Assembly (NCBI GenBank): GCA_965603365.1
Contig: CBFDCR010000014.1
Location: 14,183-78,182 of the forward strand
DNA length: 64,000 nt
Direction: 5' to 3'
DNA from: an uncultured bacterium
Lineage (GTDB): Bacteria > Acidobacteriota > Aminicenantia > UBA2199
Below, in pieces: positions 44,038 to 52,602 of the stretch. Under the pieces are notes generated by a model. That model ran no database searches and was not told where the DNA came from. It saw nothing but the letters and a program-made list of their open reading frames with translations. Position 1 is the first letter of the stretch. Each line of letters opens with the position of its first letter. The translations under genes and the position numbers were made by a program.

Positions 44038-45678
44038 ATGCCTTCATCACAAACAGGATCAAGATATGCGTCATCGTTTCGTCGGCAGTGCACGGCCCGG
44101 GCATTGATACTGGGTATTATCGGCTCGGTGGTGATTACCACCAGTTCCATGTACGTGGCCCTGCGCATGGGCAGTCTGCCCTGGCCCACCATCTTTGTGG
44201 CGGTGATGTCCATGGCAGTATTGAAACTACTGAAACACACCAACCTCAACGAGATCAACGTGGCCCACACCGCCATGTCCTCGGGCAGCATGGTAGCCGG
44301 GGGACTGGCCTTTACCATCCCGGGAATCTGGATGGTGAATCCCAACGCCCAGGTGAGCCTGTTGTCGCTGCTGGCAGTCACGGTGTCGGGAACCCTCCTG
44401 GGTGTCCTATTTACCGCCGCCATCCGCAAGTACTTTATCGAAGAAGAGAGGCTGCCCTTCCCCATCGGCAAGGCCGCGGCAGAAACCGTGCTGGCCGGGG
44501 ATGAAGGAGGACGGAAGGCCCGGACACTGTTTTCCTCACTGGGGTTCACGGCGGTATTTGTGGCCCTGCGGGACGGTTTCAAGTTGATCCCCGGGGCCCT
44601 TTCCTGGCCCGGCCTGGCCACCAGGAATATATTTGTCGGCCTCTGGCTCTCCCCCATGGCCCTGGCCATCGGTTATATTATCGGGCCGCTGTTTACCGGC
44701 GTGTGGTTCCTGGGGGCCGTGATATCACACCTGTTTATCGTGCCGCTGGGTCTTGCCGCTGGCTGGTTCACTGATATAGCCGCGGCCAATGCCTTCAAAG
44801 ACAGCCTGGGCATCGGGCTGATGATCGGCACCGGCCTGGGTATACTATTCAAAGGCATGATCCGGCGGGCCCGGGAGATCTACGGGCCGATCATCAACAA
44901 AAAACGGGCTGAAGGCCGCAGCAGCCTGGTTCTCAAAATTTCGCCCCTCCTGCTGACAGCGGTGGCGTTTTTGCTGACAGTCTTCACCGGCATGGGGGTC
45001 TGGGTGAGTATCATCACCATCGCCGGTGTCTGGCTCACCACGGCCATGGCCGCCTCCATCACCGGCCAGACCGGTATTAATCCCATGGAGATCTTCGGCA
45101 TACTGGTATTACTGGCGGCCAGGGCCATCACCGGTATCGGCGGGCCGGAGGCTTTTTTTGTGGCCGGGGTGGTGGCGGTGGCCTGCGGCCTTACCGGGGA
45201 TGTGCTCAACGATTTCAAATCGGGGCATATTTTAAAAACCAGTCCCAGGGCCCAGATTGCGGCCGAGGCTGCCGGCGGCCTGGTGGGGGCTGTTGTGTCG
45301 GTCCTGGTTCTGCTGGCCATGCTCAAGGCCTTTGGCGCAGTCGGGCCGGGCAGCGAATTGATTGCACCCCAGGCCTATGCGGTATCGACAATGGCCACCG
45401 GCCTGCCCCACACCGGGGCCTTCTTCTTCGGCCTGGCCATCGGCCTGACACTTTACCTGTTCAATGTACCGGGCATGACATTGGGGCTGGGGGTATTTCT
45501 GCCCATGAAGATATCCGCCACCGTGTTTTTGGGCGGCCTGTTGGGCCTTATATTTAAAAAACGGCTGGCCCGCAGCCATCAAAACGATCACATTGCCATC
45601 ATCGCCGCCGGCCTGTTAGGGGGCGAAGGCATCGCCGGTGTCCTCATCGCCCTCCTCCACCTCCTCACCCCGGGTTAA
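44038..45678 (+). CDS. OPT-family oligopeptide transporter
   Basis: About 546 aa and about 15 TM helices. N-terminal CTARALILGIIGSVVITTSSMYVALRMG pattern. The ATG at 44038 is preferred over the GTG at 44017. Confidence 0.75.
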   Translation: MPSSQTGSRYASSFRRQCTARALILGIIGSVVITTSSMYVALRMGSLPWPTIFVAVMSMAVLKLLKHTNLNEINVAHTAMSSGSMVAGGLAFTIPGIWMVNPNAQVSLLSLLAVTVSGTLLGVLFTAAIRKYFIEEERLPFPIGKAAAETVLAGDEGGRKARTLFSSLGFTAVFVALRDGFKLIPGALSWPGLATRNIFVGLWLSPMALAIGYIIGPLFTGVWFLGAVISHLFIVPLGLAAGWFTDIAAANAFKDSLGIGLMIGTGLGILFKGMIRRAREIYGPIINKKRAEGRSSLVLKISPLLLTAVAFLLTVFTGMGVWVSIITIAGVWLTTAMAASITGQTGINPMEIFGILVLLAARAITGIGGPEAFFVAGVVAVACGLTGDVLNDFKSGHILKTSPRAQIAAEAAGGLVGAVVSVLVLLAMLKAFGAVGPGSELIAPQAYAVSTMATGLPHTGAFFFGLAIGLTLYLFNVPGMTLGLGVFLPMKISATVFLGGLLGLIFKKRLARSHQNDHIAIIAAGLLGGEGIAGVLIALLHLLTPG

Positions 45679-45701
45679 ATAGAGATAATGGTAATCCCGG
45701 C

Positions 45702-46331
45702 TTAACGGTTACAATATTTATTTAATTCGGTTACCAGTTGGTGGACCGTAGTGGATGGATTGTCTTTTCCCGGATTCGGGGGATTGTAGCGGTTTAACAG
45801 CCTTTCGGCATTTTTTATTGCTTCTTTCTGCTTGTTTAACAATTCCCGGTACATGGATGGATGATTCTTTTTATAGGGATGGTTTAAAAGCTGAGAAAGT
45901 TTCTCTATATATTGTTGCCTGGACATGGCCGTCTGGTAATAATGAAAGTGCAGCAGGTACCACAACTCGAAGGCCTCGTTGGAGTATGCGACCTTAATGC
46001 CCTGCCTAACGGCAAATGTGATGGCTTCACTAAAATTCTCCAGGGTGAAACCATTGCGATCGAATACGCACCACACTTGATCGTAAACCTCCTCATTGAT
46101 TCGGGCCCTGTCTCTGATCGCCAATGCCTTTCTTACCAGATTCACGGTATTATCCCCGGCTCCGATGACCTTGACTGTTGCCGAACTCAGCCGAAAAGAG
46201 TTAAAATAATTCGGTTCCGTTTTTTGCCCCTCGCAAACGATCAGAAAACTCTTTGGCGGCCTGCCTCTAAGCCTCGATTTTCTCTTAAGCGATCTGTTTT
46301 TTTTCTTCCAGAATAGGTTATCCGTTCCCAT
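45702..46331 (-). CDS. RloB-family (Toprim-like) protein
   Basis: FLIVCEGQKTEPNYFNSF motif, 209 aa. TAATG overlap with the upstream ATPase gene. Confidence 0.85.
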   Translation of the reverse strand: MGTDNLFWKKKNRSLKRKSRLRGRPPKSFLIVCEGQKTEPNYFNSFRLSSATVKVIGAGDNTVNLVRKALAIRDRARINEEVYDQVWCVFDRNGFTLENFSEAITFAVRQGIKVAYSNEAFELWYLLHFHYYQTAMSRQQYIEKLSQLLNHPYKKNHPSMYRELLNKQKEAIKNAERLLNRYNPPNPGKDNPSTTVHQLVTELNKYCNR

Positions 46332-47584
46332 TAAACCTTATCATTATCAGTGCTGTCCTCAAACAGAGATTCAATATTACCGATAAACGGGATGGCTCCG
46401 TATTTTCCCATGATGTAATCTTTATTGAATGAGGCATCCTTGCGGACTTTGTATTCCTCCAGGGAGTAAAGTTCCGACGCCCCATATTCATCTTTCTGGA
46501 TAAACCAGATCTGGTCTCTCCTGAAAAATTGATTGGACAGGATGTTGGTATCATGGCTGACGAATATGAGCTGTGATTTGGGCCTCCAGGCGTTATCTTT
46601 TTTTGGTTTGTAATGATGAAACATCTCGATGAGTGCCCTCGTTAAAAGAGGATGAAATTTCGATGTGAGTTCGTCTATTACCAACACATCGTCATTTTTT
46701 AAAGCTTGATAAATGGGCTGTGAGAGTTCGAAAAGAGCCTGAGTCCCGGCCGATTCGTCTCTAAGAAGGTCGAACTTTTCCTCCGATAACGGGTTGTTAT
46801 GCTGATCGTATATTTGATGTATAACCCTATAACAGGATGACTGGTCATATACCCTGCCATCGTTTCGATCCTTCCAAATATCTTCCTTCTTGATGTTTTT
46901 TAATCCCATATCGGCAACCTTTAAAAGTTTTAGTACAAATTCCTTGAATTCATGATGCTCAAGTTCATAATCACACCAACAATCCGATTCAATATCAATA
47001 ACAATAACAAGATGATCGAACCATTCCAATATCTTTTTGGCGGTCTGACCATTAAATTGATCGACCACAGAAAGGAAAAGGGCGTTTGCCCTTGTCTTGC
47101 TTGCTAATCCTTTTCCTTCTTTAAAACCGGGACCTATCTTAATTTGATCTTTTTCTCTGGTAAAAAGGGTGGCCTCCCTGATGGTGGGAACATAATAGAG
47201 CCATTCATGGTAAACCCGTTCCCTGTCTACCTGGAATCCATATCTATAGCGTATCCCGTCAATTAAAAAAGTAACCTCAAAGGTCGAAGGCACGGTCTTT
47301 GTTTCAGTACTTAATCGAAATTCATCAACCTTTTTTATTTTGTTTGCAGAACTTTCCTTAGAAGAAGTTAATACAAGCTCCTTCATTAATTTAAGGGCTT
47401 TAACCAGGTTCGATTTTCCACTGGCATTGGCCCCATAAAGGGCAGCACTTTTTAGCAGTCTCAGCTTATCGTTCACCCGGATAGTGTTGGTATCACGATG
47501 CTCTCTGTCTGCTGAAGCCACCATGCTCAGGGTAACAATATCCTTGAAGGAGAGGAAATTTCCTACTTTAAATTCTATCAACAT
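46331..47584 (-). CDS. AAA_21/ABC-type ATPase (RloA / OLD-ATPase-like)
   Basis: MLIEFKVGNFLSFKD start, Walker A GANASGKSNL, and C-terminal LVIDELTSKFHP and QLIFVSHDT. The ATG at 47584 follows GAGAGG. AT-rich. Confidence 0.85.
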   Translation of the reverse strand: MLIEFKVGNFLSFKDIVTLSMVASADREHRDTNTIRVNDKLRLLKSAALYGANASGKSNLVKALKLMKELVLTSSKESSANKIKKVDEFRLSTETKTVPSTFEVTFLIDGIRYRYGFQVDRERVYHEWLYYVPTIREATLFTREKDQIKIGPGFKEGKGLASKTRANALFLSVVDQFNGQTAKKILEWFDHLVIVIDIESDCWCDYELEHHEFKEFVLKLLKVADMGLKNIKKEDIWKDRNDGRVYDQSSCYRVIHQIYDQHNNPLSEEKFDLLRDESAGTQALFELSQPIYQALKNDDVLVIDELTSKFHPLLTRALIEMFHHYKPKKDNAWRPKSQLIFVSHDTNILSNQFFRRDQIWFIQKDEYGASELYSLEEYKVRKDASFNKDYIMGKYGAIPFIGNIESLFEDSTDNDKV

Positions 47585-47717
47585 CTTTAGCCTCTCTTTG
47601 TTCTTATAATCTATTATCAAATTAAAGTCAAGTTTTTTGAGAAAATTCCTCAAAAAAGTGTCTTTTGCAACCAAATCCTGCTGGCGAATAGGGCAAAGGA
47701 GTGCGGTTTGTTCTCAT

Positions 47718-48557
47718 TTAAATCGGCATGGGGGGGTGATTTTCGGTATGGCGGTCGATTTTCAGGGAGGGGAGATCTATGGTGACATAGGTGAAATCTC
47801 GCAGTTGGCCCGGCTGGATGGAGAGGGTGTCGCCAATTTTGTTAAACCAACTGCCGGTCATCAGCGGCGACTCGTGGATGTGGCCGTGAAGCGACAGCAG
47901 GGGTTGATGGGTCTCCAGGAACCGATACACGGCTATAGAACCCACCTCCCGGCCGTCGGAGCAGCAATCCAGGCCCACAAAGGCGGGGGGCATGTGCATC
48001 ACATATATACTGCGCCGAAAATCCGTCGGTTTTACCAACTGCCCCAACTCATCCTGGAGTGTGGCTAAGGTCAGGGCATAACTGAACCAATCGTCGATAT
48101 AGGCCAGGCCGTCTTCCGTAGACAATACTCCACGGCCATGCTGCTGGGGAAAGATAAAATCCCGGGTATCCATGCGGCAGCGGTCCTTCAACTGGAAGGG
48201 ATAATCCGCCACCCAGTTCATGCCGATAAATTCGTATCCCCCAATTTCCACCCTCTTCTGGGCCAGGTCTTTAACAAAGGCGTATTTCCCGCAGGTCGCC
48301 TCGTACAACGAATCGAATATCCGCAAGTCGTCGTTGCCCAGGCAGCCCAGGTAATAAATTCCCGCACTCTCTAATTTCTTAAAATAGGGGCCCAGGTATT
48401 CGACGATAAACTGGCTCTGCTTTTTCAACGCGCCGCCAAAGGGCAGGGCATCGCCGCCGTTGATTACGATGTCGGCCGCCATCTCCCGGGCCAGTTCAAA
48501 AAGCCGCTCGTATTTCCACCAACTGCCGTGCAGATCAGTCACATAAATGATTGTCAT
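47718..48557 (-). CDS. calcineurin-like metallophosphoesterase
   Basis: YVTDLHG, GGDA, GNDD, HMPP and GHIHE metal-ligand motifs. 279 aa. Confidence 0.8.
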   Translation of the reverse strand: MTIIYVTDLHGSWWKYERLFELAREMAADIVINGGDALPFGGALKKQSQFIVEYLGPYFKKLESAGIYYLGCLGNDDLRIFDSLYEATCGKYAFVKDLAQKRVEIGGYEFIGMNWVADYPFQLKDRCRMDTRDFIFPQQHGRGVLSTEDGLAYIDDWFSYALTLATLQDELGQLVKPTDFRRSIYVMHMPPAFVGLDCCSDGREVGSIAVYRFLETHQPLLSLHGHIHESPLMTGSWFNKIGDTLSIQPGQLRDFTYVTIDLPSLKIDRHTENHPPMPI

Positions 48558-48688
48558 CGTCCCAAAAAGAGTACCATTCTACACCATCGTACTCCCCAAC
48601 ACAAGAGCAAAACCAACCAGAACGAAACCGGAGAAGCGGGAACAGATCCCGGAATGCTGGATTTGTGGAATTATTTTTCTACAACTTA

Positions 48689-48717
48689 TTGAAATATTAG
48701 AATATTTCCTCTAAAAT
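48689..48717 (+). promoter_or_regulatory. sigma70-type promoter of the three-gene operon, with a palindrome in the spacer
   Basis: TTGAAA (48689-48694), 17-nt spacer, TAAAAT (48712-48717). The spacer contains AAATATT-AG-AATATTT. Confidence 0.55.
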
Positions 48718-48784
48718 TAGACCTATGGAAAAAACGATCTTCCCGTCAGTTGTGCATAAAAATGGCTGGTAAATTAAAAGTAAA

Positions 48785-49342
48785 ATGAGGGTAAATAATT
48801 TTAAATCTCTTAAAGGGAACAAAGACCTTTTAAAGGCCAAAAAAGTGGGCATTTTAGCATCCAGGCACATTCTCCCCGGTCTTACCCAATTTGTGATGGA
48901 GTCTATGCAAAGGCTAGCCAGATTGGAAACCGTATTCATTGGCGGCTGGCATGCACCGATTGAAAAAGAGATTCATAAATTTTTGGTTAAGCGTCAAGTA
49001 TCACACATTCATGTTTGTGCCCAAACCGTTGATAAAACATACTGTGCTTTAAACCCAACTAAAACCCTGTTTATATCGCACTGCCATCCCGGTATTACCC
49101 GCATATCGAGGGAAAATGCTCTTAAAGGAAACAGTGTCTTATGTGAATTATCGGACGTTATGTTAATCCCCTGGTTAGATCCTTATGGCAAAACGCATAA
49201 AATTGTTCTTGACTTCTGTAACAGGATGCCGGTCTTTGTTTTTGATACAGAATTCAATTCTGGTCTAATTGAGGCAGGGGCCCTCTCTTATCATTGCAAC
49301 AAAGTAATATCTACTCTGGAGAACGATCATGCGAACAATTGA
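48785..49342 (+). CDS. DprA/Smf-like (SLOG superfamily) Rossmann protein
   Basis: 185 aa. VGILASR...TVFIGGWHAPIEKEIH...SRENALKGNSVLCELSDVMLIPW...GKT...PVFVFD follows the DprA Rossmann pattern without its flanking DNA-binding domains. 14-nt overlap with the next gene. Confidence 0.6.
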   Translation: MRVNNFKSLKGNKDLLKAKKVGILASRHILPGLTQFVMESMQRLARLETVFIGGWHAPIEKEIHKFLVKRQVSHIHVCAQTVDKTYCALNPTKTLFISHCHPGITRISRENALKGNSVLCELSDVMLIPWLDPYGKTHKIVLDFCNRMPVFVFDTEFNSGLIEAGALSYHCNKVISTLENDHANN

Positions 49343-52300
49343 AGAGATCATAAAAACTCAATCCCATCTGGTGGTGCGCCAGATTCGAGAGGCGACGAGC
49401 TGGACCGAATCCGAAGAGGATTTACGAATAGCAACAGAAAGAATACTGGGAGAATTCAAAAACCAGGCAAAATTACAAGATTTTAGAGGACATCACGAGG
49501 TTACGATTGGCAAGGGAAGAGCAGATTCTGTTTACAATTACGTGGTTATAGAATATAAAAAACCCAAACGGCTAAGTGAATCAAATACTGCCCCGGGAAA
49601 CCGGGAAGTTATCGAGCAGTTAAAGACACGCCTGTATGACCTGGAAAAAGAAGAGAGGAGAAAAATCACGAAATTATTCGGCATCGGTTTTGATGGCCAC
49701 TGGTTTATCTTTGTTCGGTTCCGAAATAACAGTTGGGAAATCAGCAATCCTCTTCCTGTCACCCCCCAGACTACAGAGAGATTCTTACGGGCATTGTTAT
49801 CGCTTGCCGCAACCGGTAAAGCATTTCAACCGGCCTATCTTTCCGGGGACTTTGGTGCCGATTCGCTGTTATCGGGGGAAGGTATAAAGACATTTTATAA
49901 AGCCATCACCAACTCCGAAAATCCCAAAGCACAGGTTCTTTTTGATGAGTGGAAAATTCTTTTCGGTGAAGTGGGGGGCTATGACGTAAAAGCCTTTGAG
50001 GAAAAAATACAGGTTCTGGCCGATTTCTATCATATCAAGGGGAAACCCGATCCTTCCGCACTCCTCTTCTCCGTACATACCTATTATGCCCTATTCATGA
50101 AGTTGCTGGCTGCCGAAATCATGAACTACTTTAATCCCATGTTCCCATCTATTCTCAGTCGTCTTCATCAGATTGCCACCGGAGAAAAGCTTTTGCGCGA
50201 ACTGCGAGAACTGGAAAAGGGTGGAATTTACCGACAGATGGGGATTACGAACTTCTTAGAGGGCGATATGTTTTTATGGTATCTGGAGGCCTGGGATACC
50301 AAAGATAAAAAAGGAGAAAAGATTGATCTGGAGCGAGTCATCCGTGACATGATCGGTAGATTGGATGAATATGACCCGGTAACCCTCTCTATCGAACCCG
50401 GCGAATCGAGAGACCTGCTTAAAGAACTGTACCAGAACCTCTTCCCCCAAAAAATACGGCACGATCTCGGCGAATATTATACTCCAGATTGGCTTGCCCA
50501 ATGGGTGATTGAAAAAGTCGGGATCAAAGGAAATCCGGATGAACGCATACTCGACCCGGCATGCGGCTCCGGCACATTCCTGGTGCTGGCGATTCAGAAG
50601 GTACGTGAATTTGCCGACGAAAAAATGATACCGGAAAAGGAGCTTTTAAAAAAGATTAATGAAAATGTGATCGGCTTTGACTTGAATCCTCTGGCAGTTA
50701 TCGCCGCCCGGCTCAATTATCTCATCGCCATCAGAGATTTAATTAAATACGGAAATCAGATCGAAATCCCCGTCTACCTGTGCGATTCGGTCATGACACC
50801 ATCCGAATATGGAGAACTTTTTACAAATAACAAAGGCGTTGCTGCCCCGGGCGGAAGACGAGGGGCAGTGAAGGAGCTTAAAACCAGCGCTGAAACCTTT
50901 TACATCCCTACAGAGATCGCTGCCTCCCGCGGACTGGTGGCCAGATATGCCGAAGAGTTGGAATACTGTGTACAGCATGAATTTAGTCCCGAAGAGTTCA
51001 TCCAGAGGCTAAAGGAAGAAGACCTGCCGGTTCTTCATGAAGATTTGCACAAAGATCTGTTCAATATGTTAACCAGTCTAAATAAACGGGACAAAAACGG
51101 TATCTGGGCGCGCATTATAAAGAATGCCTTTGCCCCCCTCTTCATCCAGCCGGTGGACTACGTGATCGGTAATCCACCATGGGTAAACTGGGAGAGCCTG
51201 CCGGGAGAGTACCGGCAGGACAGTAAAGAGTTATGGTTTAAATACAACCTGTTTCCCCACAAAGGCATGGATGCCATCCTGGGTAAAGGGAAGAAAGATA
51301 TTTCTATGATTATGACGTATGTTGCCATGGACAAATATTTGAAGGCTCACGGCCGTCTGGGATTCGTAATTACCCAATCGGTGTTTAAGACCTCCGGGGC
51401 TGGCCAGGGTTTTCGACGATTTCGGATCAATAACGAAATCCCCATCGCACCGGTGTACTGCGACGACATGGTAAAAATCAAACCCTTTGAAGCGGCCAAT
51501 CGCACCGCAGTCATCGTGCTGGAACGGGACAAAGAGTTAGAGTACCCGGTTCCCTACACGGTCTGGAAAAAGAAGGAGCGACAGAAAATAGACAGCCACA
51601 CCCCGCTATCGGCTGTGCTGGAGAGGACGCTGAGAGATCCATTTGTAGGAAAACCGGTGGATGGCAGGGACAAAACTTCCGCCTGGATAACAGGCAAAAC
51701 GAAGGCACTCGAGGCCGTAAACAAAGTACTCGGGAAATCCGCCTACAAAGCCCATGAAGGTGTAAATACCGGTGGTGCCAATGGAGTCTATTGGGTCGAA
51801 ATCCTGCAGGAGTTGGCGGAAGGCAAGGTACTGGTGCGAAACATCACCGAAGGGGCCAAACGAAAAGTCAGGCAGGCAGAAGCGGTGATTGAAAAGGATT
51901 TACTGTATCCCCTGGTGCGGGGGCGCGACGTCAGACGCTGGCAGGCCAAACCTTCGGCCCACATCATCATGGTACAGGACCCCCAAAAACGGCGGGGCAT
52001 CGACGAATCCATAATGAAACAAAAATACCCCCTCACTTATACTTATCTTAAACAATTTGAGAGAGTATTAAAGTCACGGGCAGCGTACAGGCGCTATTTC
52101 AAAGAGAGCGATCCGTTTTATTCAATGTTCGATGTGGGCAGCTATACATTGGCCCCCTGGAAAGTAAGCTGGCGATACATTGCCAGTGAATTCACCTGTA
52201 GTGTGATATCTGCCGATCAAGATTATAGCAACAATCTTATTATCCCGGATCACCGTTTAATTGTGGTCTCCTTTCAAACCCCAGAAGAAGCCCACTACCT

Positions 52301-52601
52301 ATGCGCAGTATTAAATTCAGCACCGTCACGCTATCTGGTCAATAGTTATGTGATAAGCACCCAAATATCTACCCATGTTCTCCATAATATCTATGTCCCC
52401 CGATTTGATCTATCTGTTCCCGGCCACCAGGAACTGGCAAGTCTCTCAAAACAGGCCCACCAGGTTGCGAAGACAGGAGATGGCACCCGCCTGAGAAAAG
52501 TGGAAGCGGAAATCGATAAGCTTACAGCCCCATTATGGAATCTCACCGCGAAAGAGTTACGAGACATCCAGGCATCGTTGAAAGCAATAGTGAGTCAGTA
52601 A
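49329..52601 (+). CDS. single-chain restriction-modification enzyme: PD-(D/E)xK nuclease + N6-adenine MTase + TaqI-like specificity domain (type IIG-like)
   Basis: HsdR-N/Mrr-like GRADSVYNYVVIEYKKP (49518-49562) and GFDGHWFIF. Motif I DPACGSGTFL (50553). Motif IV NPPW (51171-51182). C-terminal TRD-like ~350 aa. Confidence 0.8.
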   Translation: MRTIEEIIKTQSHLVVRQIREATSWTESEEDLRIATERILGEFKNQAKLQDFRGHHEVTIGKGRADSVYNYVVIEYKKPKRLSESNTAPGNREVIEQLKTRLYDLEKEERRKITKLFGIGFDGHWFIFVRFRNNSWEISNPLPVTPQTTERFLRALLSLAATGKAFQPAYLSGDFGADSLLSGEGIKTFYKAITNSENPKAQVLFDEWKILFGEVGGYDVKAFEEKIQVLADFYHIKGKPDPSALLFSVHTYYALFMKLLAAEIMNYFNPMFPSILSRLHQIATGEKLLRELRELEKGGIYRQMGITNFLEGDMFLWYLEAWDTKDKKGEKIDLERVIRDMIGRLDEYDPVTLSIEPGESRDLLKELYQNLFPQKIRHDLGEYYTPDWLAQWVIEKVGIKGNPDERILDPACGSGTFLVLAIQKVREFADEKMIPEKELLKKINENVIGFDLNPLAVIAARLNYLIAIRDLIKYGNQIEIPVYLCDSVMTPSEYGELFTNNKGVAAPGGRRGAVKELKTSAETFYIPTEIAASRGLVARYAEELEYCVQHEFSPEEFIQRLKEEDLPVLHEDLHKDLFNMLTSLNKRDKNGIWARIIKNAFAPLFIQPVDYVIGNPPWVNWESLPGEYRQDSKELWFKYNLFPHKGMDAILGKGKKDISMIMTYVAMDKYLKAHGRLGFVITQSVFKTSGAGQGFRRFRINNEIPIAPVYCDDMVKIKPFEAANRTAVIVLERDKELEYPVPYTVWKKKERQKIDSHTPLSAVLERTLRDPFVGKPVDGRDKTSAWITGKTKALEAVNKVLGKSAYKAHEGVNTGGANGVYWVEILQELAEGKVLVRNITEGAKRKVRQAEAVIEKDLLYPLVRGRDVRRWQAKPSAHIIMVQDPQKRRGIDESIMKQKYPLTYTYLKQFERVLKSRAAYRRYFKESDPFYSMFDVGSYTLAPWKVSWRYIASEFTCSVISADQDYSNNLIIPDHRLIVVSFQTPEEAHYLCAVLNSAPSRYLVNSYVISTQISTHVLHNIYVPRFDLSVPGHQELASLSKQAHQVAKTGDGTRLRKVEAEIDKLTAPLWNLTAKELRDIQASLKAIVSQ

Positions 52602-52602
52602 A

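Noticed and set aside
43980-45591. Minus-strand ORFs (229 aa, 148 aa, 119 aa) opposite the OPT transporter
   Set aside because: They are antisense shadows inside a long multi-TM gene, with Ala/Pro/Arg-rich products and no start signals.
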